The notes under the pieces were generated by a model, which made no database searches, was not told the DNA's origin, and saw only the letters and a program-made list of their open reading frames with translations. A stretch of DNA of 58,507 bases, counting the filler, from Dugesia japonica (lineage: Eukaryota): assembly GCA_001938525.1 (NCBI GenBank). It is 6 parts of 6 records of this genome, joined end to end, with 100 filler letters (N's around TTAATTAATTAA, not from the genome) between each part and the next. Parts side by side here need not be neighbours in the genome. Positions count along the whole stretch, not along the records: positions 1 to 12,326 come from MQRL01603082.1; 5 more parts are not named here. One strand, written 5' to 3'. The position numbers and the translations under genes were made by a program. Positions 1-12,426 of the stretch are shown piece after piece; within the stretch, counting starts at the first letter, position 1, and each line of letters starts with the position of its first letter.

Positions 1-943
1 CAATCAAAATTCTTTCATACTCGCACTTCGATTACTAACATTACCGAAGGCGGGGGGAGGGGGGAGGGGGGTCAATGGCAGTGCGCTCATATCTATCTAC
101 TTGTTAGGAATTATTTTCAAAGTTCCTCGCCTAAAGACCTATAAGGTATTCATACAGAAATTTTAAGTTTTATATACAAAGGTCTCCCACTTATAAACCC
201 TATATTACTTATAAACCATATAGTAAAGGGTTACTAAGCAAATCATAACCTCCTAAACCATATATTTCACGGTTGCTATGTAAATAATACACTCATAAAC
301 CCTATAGATTCATTGAAAATATTTACTTATTTATAGAGTAAATTTAACTTATATATTTAAAAGCTCTATAAGTTTGTAAATTGGTAATATTCATTTAAAA
401 ATGATAAAGAAAATCTTGTTAATTTTATTTTAAAAAAAGAAGCTGAATAAAAAACTAAATAAATAGATCAAAGACTGAATAATAATAGATTTATTTTTAA
501 AAATCACATTATTAATAACAAAAATAATCATTATTCTTGTTCATTTCTACCTTAAACTTCTCCATAGCAAGCATTAAATTGAACTTTGCACACACGATAC
601 AGTCAGGTGCACAAAATTCAGCTGCCATTAACTCATTGATAACCACTTCCGGAAGCATTGGGTTCCTTTCTTCATCTATATTAATCCTTGTTATTCACAT
701 ATATTTGTTAGCATTTCTAAAAATAAATTTATTAATAAAATTAATAAATTAATGAAAATCAAACCTGTCTTACTTAACACCTCTTCTATTTTCTTAAAAT
801 TTTCAATAATTGCTGAATTCATTATTAAAATTAAAGAACATAATAATGAAATGCAATATTATATATATATNNNNNNNNNNNNNNNNNNNNNNNNNNNNNN
901 NNNNNNNNNNNNNNNNNNNNTAAAGAACATAATAATGAAATGC

Positions 944-983
<40 letters not shown>

Positions 984-1097
984 AAACCACAACGTAATAT
1001 ATTAATTATTTGAAATTTAAATATCTAAATTTAAATTCATATTTTTTGTACTTGAGTTTTTAACGTTTTGCATCCATGTTGTGAATTTTCTAAATTT

Positions 1098-1330
1098 TTA
1101 ATTGGAAATTAAACAAATTTGAATTAATGTTATCCACATATCCCTGAAAATTCAAAATTTTAAGACCAAGTATCACTATTTTTCCTGTTGAGATCACATT
1201 TACATATAAAGGGTCATATTTTACAAGTCGTAGAGCAGGAAATAACTCTGGTTCGAACAAATTTCTACGTATTTATTGAAATTCCCATATTTATAACAAT
1301 TGTTAGTGACTATAATTGTAATGTTTTTAT
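1098..1330 (-). pseudogene. Degenerate TBP-like (C-terminal repeat) fragment, homologous to the Maverick TBP-like gene at 31881-32333
   Basis: Manual minus-strand translation: LQL*SLTIVINMGISIN / frameshift / LFEPELFPALRLVKYDPLYVNVISTGKIVILGLKILNFQ. This matches the TBP motifs YEPELFPGL...IFVSGKVVLTG and aligns residue by residue with FKPELFPELRVNIYNSLFVNGFDSGKVVILGLQSLNYH at 31881-32081. Confidence 0.7.
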
Positions 1331-2755
1331 ACACAAATAAAACCTATATTACATGTTTACTATATTACACATTTGCTATGCAAATAATTCCCTCATAAGT
1401 CTTATATTATACAGTTGTTATGTAAATAATATACTCATTAACTCTATACAACCATAAAAATATTTTCTTATAAGTGTTTTTATATAAACTTATTAGTTAT
1501 ATATGGAAAGGTTCGATAGATTTATGATTTCTGAAAAAATGTTCTGTTTTTATTATTTTGTTCACAGAAATATGCTCAACTTATATTTTTTTATAGAAAA
1601 ATTGCATGACTAATGTTTTTTATTAAAAATTGCTTTGCTAATGAGATTTTTTATTAAAAATTGTATCGTATAAATTAACATATATATATCGTTACCAAAT
1701 TTTCAGAACCACCATGTTTGTTCTTGAAGTGTTATTTTAGTTTTGATTACACTTCCTTATTTTTGACATAATAAACTAAAATTTAAATATTAACTTAATT
1801 AAAATTAAAATAAATAATTTAATTACGTAAAATGATAATTAAATATGTAATGAAATTTATTTGGGCATTAGTTTTATAAAACAAAATAGTTTGTTAAATA
1901 TAAATTTGTAATATTAAAAAATTTCAATTTTTTTCAATATTACATTTTAAATTATCAATGGATTGTTACATAATTTCATTACCATTGTTTTTAAAAATTG
2001 ATTATTGTTAATTTTTTTTCGCACCCCCAAGGGGTGTGAAAAAAAATACCTAAAAATTATACTAAAATTCAAAATTATTATTAAACATTATACCAAATTA
2101 TTAATGTGATTAAAAATGAAAAATACAAAAAATTAAAGTAAAAATTTAAAAATTAATAAAAATATGTGTCGATTTGTCTGTGTGGAATTGTTTGTGTGTC
2201 GATTTGTCANNNNNTGTCGATTTGTCATGTAACCGCCCATACATGTATTAAATATAAGGAAGAGTTAAATCTAGGAACTGAAGTTGTAAAATCATTGAAA
2301 ATGACAAACAATTCTACATTAAATTCAATATTAAATCAAATTAGAAAGTTAAATGCATCAATGATATAATCTATGACAATAATTTGTTCAACAACGTCAG
2401 ATTTAAATAAAATCACTATAATAAAACTCGAAAATATTCATTTGCTTTAGTCATTTATTTTAGTTATTTTATAAAATAGTTTTGTAATAAAACAGATCAG
2501 TTAGATAAAATTTCATTTTTATTTTATTAAATTTAATTTTTCATTAAATTTAATTGTTAAATACTTTAAATTTAAAGATTTCTTTTATATAAATATTTTT
2601 AAAAAATCTTTTTAAAAATTTGAATATTCATTATTTGTTTAATTAACTGTATTTCATAATATCCATTTGTAAAATGTTTGATATTATTTAAATATTTTTC
2701 AACGAATATTAGTTATTTATATATTAATTGAAAATATATTATAGAATTAAAACGA

Positions 2756-5255
2756 ATGTCTGATTCGAGTTTTCTAGAGTATCTTTTTGAAACTCATAAG
2801 TCACAATTGAATAAACCTTCTGATTATTTGGCGTTGTTATGTCATTCTATGCTTTTAGATAGAAAAGTGAAGTTGAAAACTGGTAAAGCTATATTACCAG
2901 ATGATTGGAATCAAACTGACCCAATTCGGCTTGTTTATTTATGTGAAGATGGAACAGAATTAAATGTAAGAATCTTAGTGAAAGTTATTTAGAGATTAAT
3001 TTCATTCTAATTGAATTGGATTTAATTTGTATAAATCGTGAATATTTTGTAATGCAATTCTGATTTTAATGAGCCCATAAATTATTTTATAAAATTCTTT
3101 TAAGGTCGAATAATTATGGACTATTCATTATTATTAAACTTGATTAATTTTGGGATAGAAATCTCAAATAAGTGGAACATATTTTATAATTTATAATTTA
3201 TACTTCTTTAATTTGAACGTGTGAATTATTAATATGAACTTTGAATCACTCATTTTCAAAGTTAGACAACCTGTTAAGGGAAATGAAACAATTTTCTTTC
3301 AGTTTATCTGAATAAGTAGTATTGCTTTTGTTGTAAAATACAGAAATACAGTGAATATCTTGATATGTTTAGTAGCAGCACAGCTTTATGTTGTTTAGTA
3401 TCAAATCACGTATAAAGTAAAATTTTAATCTTAGTTTCTAGTAATTTGCATATTGCTAAATGATATTACGAAGTGAAATTATTGATTTATTATGTCTTCG
3501 GGGCCCTTAATATTGATTATTATCAATTATTATTGGTCATTTTATAAACTATGTTATTTTTATTGATTGCCATTATTAGTCATTTATTATTATTGATTAT
3601 TTATAATTACTGATTAATACAATTTATTGAATATTATTGATTATTATTCTTATTTATTATTATTGATTATAATTTACCGATTATCATTAAATAAATAGCT
3701 TTGTTCACTCGATTCTTGACCATTTTCGAAAGCACCCATATCTTTCATAACTTGTACATATTCATCACTATTTTCATAGTTATCATTATTAATGTTATTA
3801 TTATTGATTATTATTATTGATTATTAATATTGATATTATTGATTATTTTTATTTATTGATTATAATTATTGATTACTATTATTGATTATTTATAATTACT
3901 GATTCATAATTTATTGATTATAATTTCAATATTGATTATTAATTATTATTATTAATTATTATTATTGATTATTAATATTGATATTATTGATTATTTTTTG
4001 TTTATTGGTTATTATTATTATTGATTATTTATAATTACTGATTCATAATTTATTGATTATAATCTCAATATTGATTATTAATTATTATTATTGATTATTA
4101 TTTATTATCACCGATTATTATTATTATTGATTATTTTGTAATTACTTATTCATAATTTATTGTGTATAATTATTGATTACTATTATTGATTATTTATAAT
4201 TACTGATTCATAATTTATTGATTATAATTTATCGATTATTAACAAATAAATTGGTTCTTTCACTTGATTCTTGAACATTTTCCAAAACAGTAGTTTTTCA
4301 GTTATACACATTACAACGAGAATCTCCTCTTTAGTAACTGCATAATGAAGTAGTAATAGGAATAAAATGNAATTCTTATAAATATTTAACAAAATTTCGA
4401 AATCACACCACAGAAATTTTTCTTGTTCTGAATAAACTAGACAGGTTCCGTTCACAGATCTACCACATTCATCACTAAATACAATGTCTATTTGCTGTAG
4501 AATCAAGTATAATAGTCCGACAAATTGAGTGATTGCTATTAGTTAAACAAATTCACATAATGTTTCCGCAAAACATTCAAATTCAGTACTTTATTGATTA
4601 TTGCTGGTATTCTGTTAAGAGATTAATAATTCTATTATCGTAGGTATCTGTGGTTGAGACTGCTGGTGATGCCTTCATATCGGTCACTGAATCGAAATCT
4701 GACCAATTGGGTCATCTAGAAGTTCCTATGGATGATTTTGTCAACACATCTTCTTCCAATTTGTCACTTGATCAATCATATCCGCAATTGAAGGAACTCA
4801 AGAAACGGTTCGAAGAGAATATTTGGTCGATAATATTTCCTGTCAGAAAACAAACTACACCGAAAACGACATCAGAATTTGTTCCATACCAGCCAAATCC
4901 GTATAGACGTTCCAATCCATTGATTGATGATCGATTTTCCGGTCCCTCGATTCCATTCGATTACGGCAGACGCGATTTGGATCCGTTCGGAATGAGTGAT
5001 CCTCTGAGACATGGACCTAGTGTCGGCACTGGTGGTATCGGAGGTGGAGGAGGGATGCTGTTTGATCCTCGTCACCCTAATTCCGATATCAGACCTCTCT
5101 ATCCTGGTGCTCCCCCTGGTGCCTCTCCACCTGGAGCCAGGATCGATCCGATATATCCACTGCCGGGCAATCCCAGTCGTGGTGGCAGAGGTAGACAAGG
5201 ACCTCCAGATCCAGACATGCCAACACCTCCAGGGTGGGAGGACATGTACTTGTGA
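2756..5255 (+). CDS. PSMF1: Proteasome inhibitor PI31 subunit; exons 2756-2965 and 4644-5255 (~273 aa)
   Basis: Exon 1 encodes the FP-domain start (ALLCHSMLL...ILPDDWNQ). GT donor at 2966, AG acceptor ending 4643, phase 0. Exon 2 is Pro/Gly-rich with YGRRDLDP, GGGMLFDP, PPGARIDP and the C-terminal HbYX tail EDMYL*. Confidence 0.92.
3480..4240. repeat. Degenerate (ATT/ATTG)n tandem repeat in the PI31 intron
   Basis: Repeated ttattgattattatt units, with recurring blocks such as ttataattactgattcataatttattgattataat. Confidence 0.85.
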
Positions 5256-6287
5256 GTTGATGAATTATCAATAAATAATCTATTCCGTTAGGTTACCCGT
5301 TATATCGAGTTCATTATTGATTTTCACCCTGTTTTATCCGATAATTTATTTTCATGCCATGCGGGATAATCTCGCTATTTTGTCGACCCTCATTGGCTCC
5401 TGCCACGCTAAATCAATATTAATTTTGTTTCGATTTGATGTCAGTAATTTATTTCAAGTATTTATTGATTTTCTTGTTAATTATCACGCAATCGGCCCGC
5501 ACCTATCTGCACCCGCAGTTACTAGTAAATATATGAATTATAACTGCAACATAAATGTCTTCCTTCTAAATTATATTTGTTGACGCTCAACTAGGCTGGG
5601 TGCAATTTGCACCCGATCTCGGGATTGTTACGTCATCAGTTGGGACTGTAACGTGGGGCTGTCTGTTGCTTGGTAAGTGATAACTTGACGCATTTCCCGT
5701 GCATACTATAAACCAATTTCATGGCATAATTTGTGTGTGCAAACAATTTCCCCAACCAAAATCACGGGTGAAAACAACCTCTCCGACATAATATTACTGA
5801 ATGTGTGTATGTGTGAATGAGATTAACCGCTACTGTTTACCTATTTACCTTCTACAGCAGGATTTGTTGGTATAGAATTTTCCTTTGGGTTTAGTTGGGG
5901 ATTTTTCTACATAAATTCTGGGTTTTTGTAATCGAAAGGCAACAATTTCGAGTGTTTATTCTGGTAAAGTAATCAATAATTTGATCTTTTGAACAAAAAT
6001 AAAATCTGGTAAAATTAGAAATTCAGCCAAATGTGATTGTAGAACAATAATAGAATCCACATTTTCATCTCCATTCAAGATTTTCATTTTTAATTTACGA
6101 TTTTCTTACGATTCTGTTTTCTAAGCGGGTAAATATCGATTCGACGGACTACTTCGATTTTGAATAACTTTATCTTTCGAGTAATTGTGAATGGAATGGA
6201 ATATTATCGTTATTTGGTCAGTATTGTGATATCGCAAACACTAAATAAAATAAATATATATTTACTACAAATCGATATACAAATTAA

Positions 6288-6481
6288 CCATATAGTGCAT
6301 GATTCTTTCCGTTTTTAATAAAATCTATATAATGTTCGCCACACGTTCGACGAAACGACAAATACTGGGAGAATTTTTAGGTTATATGTGGTCTATGGTA
6401 TACCGTTATTTTGCTGTATACAAAGCTACGTGTAAAAACAAAAGATGGTGGCGCATATATGAATCACCGTGCACTGTAGGG
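6288..6481. mobile_element. piggyBac-like MITE
   Basis: TTAA on both sides (6284-6287, 6482-6485). Imperfect TIRs CCATATAGTGCATGATTC / GAATCACCGTGCACTGTAGGG. Confidence 0.65.
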
Positions 6482-6639
6482 TTAACAAACACTAAATAAA
6501 ATAAAAATATATTGACTACTCCTTTACAATTTACGTTAAGCCAAGCGATACAGCTCCCAGGTCTTGTCCTAATCATTGTTGTCATCTTGATGCCTTTTAC
6601 TAGCCATCGTGGATTATGCACAAGGTTTTCTGTCTTAAA

Positions 6640-8434
6640 AGTAAAATTAGAATATTAAGCATTAAAACAACAAAAGGGTAAAACATCAGCAAAGACAGAA
6701 ATGAACTTTAGAATTAAAGATATTCATTATTATTGTAATGAAATAAGTGTAGAGATATTATGGGGTACAGGAGTGTCTGTCTAAGGGACAAGTGTAGAAA
6801 TTTGAAAAAATATTGGTTCACCAAAAATTCAATTTTTAAATGTAATGCTGGAGTATTTTTTGAGAAAAGTGAAAATTCATAAGAAAAGCCAGAATTAAAT
6901 TATTTTGGAGTAAGAAACATATAGTGAATAAAATAATTATTTTGTTAACGACAATTTTCCAAATGTTTTTGATGGTATCGATATAATGGAAGCGTTTGGA
7001 ATGGGAATTAAACAGACCAATTTCAACGATTCAAAAGATGTTATTTGCAAAAATAAGAAACAGTAATCAAAAAATAAATACACTCAAGCTAAATGCCATC
7101 AATAGAATTATTGAATTACTTGATAAATGTGATCACATAGTTATGAATTCAAAATTTGAATTAGGGTTAACAAATATGACAATGCATAAAATAGAAACTA
7201 AAGTAGAACCAGTATTGGTAAATCCAAGAAGACAAATTATGCATTTAGAAGGCAAGATAGGCGAATTAATACAAAATATATTATCAGCAAATATTATAAA
7301 ACCTTGTCAAAGTCCGTAGAATTCTTCATTAGTGATTGTTCCAAAAAAAATGGTTCTCTCGGAATGTGCCTTGATTTAAGGAAATTGAGTTCGGTAAATA
7401 AAAAATCTTCATTTCCTGTTCTACATAAAAATATGTTTTTGGATACACTAAATGGCTCTGTGTTTTTTTTCCAGCACCTGCGTATTATCGAATTGAGTTA
7501 ACTAAAAAGTCAAAATTAAAAACTGCTTTCAGTAAATGCATAGAACTATTGAAAAAAAAAGAGTTTAAAAATGGTTAATTTGCAATAAAAAAAACATGCA
7601 GGTAAAACGAAAAAATATTTTTTGCCTTGAATCGAATTTGGAGCGTTAGTACAAATTGTCATTGATAAAGCTTATTTTGATGAATCAAAGTTAAAGAAGA
7701 AGTATTTTTTAGTCATTATAGATCGATAAAATAAAATTGTTAGCCTGGCAGCCATGGCAAAACAAGACTGCAAAACTCTGTAGTTGAATCAATAAAAGAG
7801 AATTGCATATATAGATTCTGCAAGCCCAAATCCAAACTGATAGATATATGCAAGATATTTGAAGGAAAATTGATAAAATGTACGAGTCAGAAAATTGGAA
7901 TTACCCACAAATTTTCGTCTCCATACCAACATCAATAAAACGAGCTGGCAGAACTAACGATCAGTACTCTACGTAATATGGTTATCACAACAATAAAAAG
8001 CTGATGTGAAGAAGTTAATTGGGATAAGCTATTACCTTGAATTCAATTTTCAATTAATGCAAGACAACAAAAATCAACTGGGATATCACTGTTTGAAATA
8101 ATTTATGGAAGAAAAATTATGATTCATGGACCATTAATAAATGAAAATATAAGCAGTGGTGAAGTTAGCGAATTAGTTGATAAAAATTTAAAAAATGTGG
8201 CACTAAAATTAAATAAAAATGAATGAGATAAACGAATTTTACTGAAGGACAAGAAGTTCTTGTGGAAGTTAAACCTCACAATTTAAAGAAGAACGGATAC
8301 AGATGTGAAAGTCATTTTGAAATATTAAAATTTTTAAGCTCAAATCTAGTTCTTTTAAATTATTCTGGAATCCCTAAACCAGGAAGGAATAACTGGCTAA
8401 AAAACAGTTGTTCAAAGAATTTAAGAATGAGGGA
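6640..8434 (+). mobile_element. Decayed Ty3/Gypsy pol (protease, RT start, integrase fragments)
   Basis: ILWGTGVSV (degenerate protease), HKIETKVEPV..NPRR, IIKPCQSP, KKNGSLGMCLDLRKL, integrase SPYQHQ*NELAE and STGISLFEIIYGR. Many stops and frameshifts. Purine tract at 8423-8434. Confidence 0.8.
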
Positions 8435-9416
8435 TGTTTGATATACCATTGAAACATATTTGTTTGAATATAGTTGGGGTGAAACTCCTGATTAAAGAAT
8501 AAATTATAATCATGGGTCCAAGTTTTAATTGGTTAAGAAGAAATCAAATGAAGTGGAAGGGCTAATTAATAATAATTACCATTTTGATAATAAATTGCAA
8601 ATACATAATTAGAAGAAGATAATAATAAAAGTAATAATAATCAACTGCGATTATGGAAATTATCGTTTAAAATAAAAATTAAGTGAAATATTATTAAAAA
8701 TATAATCAGAAATAAGAAAAGAAAATTAATAAATTGATTCAGAAAAAGAGAATTAATTACATCAAGAATCGGAGAAAGGCAAATAAGATTTTTGCGGTTG
8801 GTCCAAAATCATCTGGGCCAGGAAAACTGGAAGAGAAATTTGATTTTTTAACAGAGAAGATAGTAGCAACTCCTGAAGATTAGTAAAAAGGGTTCAAAGA
8901 TTGAGCCAATTAGAGACCATCAATTTAACCCAAAACAAAGCAGCTAAAATCACAAGGTGTCTTAAAAAGGCACTTATCGAATAGGAAAACAGATCAAAAA
9001 CCAAAAACAAAAATAGCTGATCTATGATAAAGTAGTCATGGTATCAGGCAAGCAGTAAATAAACCCCCCGAATATTAGACGAGAAACACGCATTGTTTCT
9101 ATTAATTGCAGCTATAAGGGCTTATATCACTACTAAATAAATCAAATAACCAAGGACAATCCGCGATTAATTAAAACCAAATCGGAACACCTGTGACTAA
9201 ATGTTACCGACAAAGGAAATCTTGAAGACAATATCTATCAAATCCCTGTTTGTAGAATCAGTTAATTTATTAGTAAGTGTTGTGTTTTAAAATTTCTATA
9301 TTATGATTATTTTGGTAAATGTGTTTGTCAATAAATTGTCACTAAAAATCTCGTTGATTAACGTTCAGAAAAACAAACTAAAGTTTTTGTCAATATAGAT
9401 TAATTCAACTAATACA
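8435..9416 (+). repeat. LTR-like segment (3' LTR and/or nested LTR)
   Basis: TG immediately after the polypurine tract, AATAAA near the 3' end, ends in CA. GTTGGGGTGAAAC near 8473 resembles the start of the LTR-like segment at 17904. Boundaries uncertain. Confidence 0.4.
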
Positions 9417-9621
9417 TCCTCATTTAGAATTCTACGAGATTACCAACCATTTATTGGAGTTGGTTAATTAATTCCAACATGAACTTTCATTGAGTTATGC
9501 ATTATCTAAGTTAACACCATCGCCGAATCTTGATTATCAAAGTAACACAGCTTGCAAATTAATAGTATATAATCACTCATGACAAATTGCTGTAGCTTTG
9601 AAGTCAGTTAAGCATTATCAC

Positions 9622-10888
9622 CTAGATATTCACACTCTCCCTGTCCGCATATGCCTTGTTGATATCCGCCATGAGGGGACAGGTTTGCGACAACGCGAGA
9701 TCCCGTTCCTTTAGCTTAGTTACCTTCTCGTGGAGCTGAGTGTTCTTTCGCTGCAGTTCCATAATTTCACTCTTCAGCTTCTTTTGGATCGCATACCATT
9801 TCGTCTGCATGTCTGCCATTGAGTTGTCAGTCACTTTTTTGTCTTCCGACACTGTAAATATTAATGGTGAATATTCTTTTTATAATATAGAATTTATTGC
9901 ATTTATAATTATATGTCTTGTGGTTTAATAAGAATGTATCCTTTATTTATTTTGATCGCACACTTTATGATTAATTCTATATTTATGATTAATTCTATAA
10001 CACCAAACGATAAGCACTTAAAGAACTAAGACAATTTCACAACTAAACCTGTATTGTTTTTTAACACAAACGATTACATGGTAGTCTCTATCGATTCTGC
10101 ATCATCCAGAGGCGCTAATACCTGTTGTAACACCGCTTCGACTTTAATATTCAAACGTTTCGAGAGTTCGGCGTATTCTTCCGCCTCCAGTTCGGTTTTT
10201 CGCATTGATGTGATAACATGCTGTTGCTGTTGGGCCAGTTTGGTTACACTAATTAACAAGGTGATTAATTCCTTTTCCCGTTCCTGTTGCAATTGANNNN
10301 NNNNNNNNNNNNNNNNNNNNNNNNNNNNNNNNNNNNNNNNNNNNNNAACACAAACGATTACATGGTAGTCTCTATCGATTCTGCATCATCCAGAGGCGCT
10401 AATACCTGTTGTAACACCGCTTCGACTTTAATATTCAAACGTTTCGAGAGTTCGGCGTATTCTTCCGCCTCCAGTTCGGTTTTTCGCATTGATGTGATAA
10501 CATGCNGTTGCTGTTGGGCCAGTTTGGTTACACTAATTAACAAGGTGATTAATTCCTTTTCCCGTTCCTGTTGCAATTGAGTGAGTTCTGAAACCTTTAA
10601 CTGGTGTTATTGCTCTTGCTGGTCTACTCCGAGCTGTAATTTATTGATCCTCTGGACTTGTTCTGCGAATCTCCGTCTCTGTCAAATTATCTTGTCATAC
10701 ATCTCTTTGATGGTCTCGCTCTTGATTCGAAACTGTTCTTGTGTGATAAATCAAGGGTCGCTATCTGTCCCCTCGGTGCCCACCGAATCCCAGAGTGGTG
10801 GCATGTCGTTGCACAACCCAGTCGTGAATACCTATCTTGCTGGTTCCAAGGAATTCAGAACTTCTACTTTTGTAATTTGCTTATCCAT
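9622..10888 (-). pseudogene. Two coiled-coil ORFs (10888-10358 with internal stops; 9851-9622), possibly accessory genes of a large retroelement
   Basis: One frame runs from the ATG at 10888 through QQEREKELITLL...ETTM*. The second ORF is SEDKK...KLKSEIMELQRKNTQLHEKVTKLKE. Both show heptad patterns and each is preceded by a yAG acceptor. Confidence 0.45.
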
Positions 10889-11629
10889 CTGCATAGAAAG
10901 ACATACCATTATCACTACATGATTATAATAAGTCCACAATGCTTTTATCAAAATGTTCATATTAAAATAGCATTTACGCATTTACCTTCCGGCTGCACAG
11001 GGATCGATCATCCGTCAGTATGGATCAACGTGGATCATCATGATACTGTCATCTATCCGTATACCTCGCATTGTTACCTCATCATTATCTCATATCCATT
11101 ATCCCATCATCATCATCTTCCTTTCAATCAAACTGTTAAAATACCAGTAGATTGGGGATGATCCATATTTCTCCAACTGTCAAATGGTCCTCCTGCAATC
11201 AACATTAGCATGAATGAGGTCTAAATGTAAAGTATCTCTAATGCTATATTCATTAAGAAACAGTTTAAAAGAAATTAAATAATAATATTTTATAATCCAA
11301 AAAAAAATAAAATAACTATAAATCTAAACTGAACTGATATTTTTATATAAATTTTACAAACACTTTATAATACAACTTTAAAATTATAATCAATCTCAAA
11401 TTCAACAAGTTATTCAGAATTCAACCACCACACTTTCGATCCAGTGTCATAATTAATACCTCGTTATCAATTTATGAAATTATATTTCTCATCGCTTCCT
11501 GCGCCGTCACTATCGATTCACCAATAACATTCTTCACCTTTCTCGTATCACCGTTCATTTCTTATAATCATTACTACCTTTACTTATCATTGCCATCTAT
11601 TCACATCTTTCACCTTTCTCATATTAACT

Positions 11630-11760
11630 TTCATCTTTCATTATCAACATCTCACCTCTCGTTATCATAATCATTAACATTTCATCTTTCGCCATCGTAA
11701 TCATTAACCTCTCATCTTCGTTATCATAATCATTAACATCTCATTTCTCGTCATCATAAT
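11630..11760. repeat. ~30-bp minisatellite (tcattaacatctcatcttcgtcatcataa-like)
   Basis: About four consecutive imperfect copies are visible. Confidence 0.7.
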
Positions 11761-12326
11761 CAGATATTTAATAATTTAATGATGTAATAGTTTAATAGTT
11801 TGATGGTTTCATAGTGGATGATCTCGGAAGCGAAGGACTGCACGATGTCGACCCCCACTGCTAGTAAAGCTAATGATTAGTGATCATCACCTCAGTCCAT
11901 CCTTATAGTCGAATATATGCTTTAAAAAAAACTAAAATAACTCAAATTACTTTTTGATTTGTTCCGATCCTTCAATGGGAGAGAATTCTACTTGGCATTT
12001 TTAACAATAAGTGAACAAGCGTTTACAAACGAAAGTTTTTTAGTCTGATTTTACAGAAATTTGCTTTGCCTTTTATACCTCAAATCGTCAAATTTTGACA
12101 ATTACAGTTGGCGCCCACTTCAGATTTCTGTTAAAGCAAAAAATTGTACATTGTTCACCCATAGCTTCGATTATTTTTATTTTTTTGTTAATTCTGTAGC
12201 GGATTATGTGCTTATAGATGTTCTATATTTTTTCCTCAAGTGGAGAGGCTTAAAAAAATAATAGTTTTCTGAAACTTGCAAGTGTTTTAGAAATAGCGAT
12301 AACTCCACCATCACATGCAAATATAA

Positions 12327-12426
12327 NNNNNNNNNNNNNNNNNNNNNNNNNNNNNNNNNNNNNNNNNNNNTTAATTAATTAANNNNNNNNNNNNNNNNNN
12401 NNNNNNNNNNNNNNNNNNNNNNNNNN
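12327..12426. other. Artificial contig spacer (44 N + TTAATTAATTAA + 44 N)
   Basis: The same 100-bp construct recurs five times; the 12-mer gives stops in all six frames. Confidence 0.97.

Noticed and set aside
520-830. Minus-strand exon-like segments with a GT-AG intron
   Set aside because: Stops occur in all frames after the acceptor and no family was recognised.
830-980. Direct repeat and (TA)n around a gap
   Set aside because: Same gap-overlap artifact.
2012-2046. Hairpin TTTTTTTCGCACCCC-CAA-GGGGTGTGAAAAAAA resembling a bacterial terminator
   Set aside because: Eukaryotic context; most likely a small TE-derived palindrome.
3480-4240. Repeat array that might be taken for CRISPR
   Set aside because: Low-complexity intronic satellite in eukaryotic DNA, with no constant repeat and unique spacers and no cas genes.
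4872-5274. Alternative-frame and antisense ORFs over PI31, and similar ones over pol and the mariner element
   Set aside because: Shadow ORFs of real coding sequence.
10064-10580. Apparent tandem duplication of a coiled-coil ORF
   Set aside because: Near-identical copies on both sides of an N gap indicate an unmerged contig overlap.
12108-12117. TGGCGCCCA primer-binding-site-like motif
   Set aside because: The match is short, and no recognisable LTR or gag could be tied to it before the contig ends.
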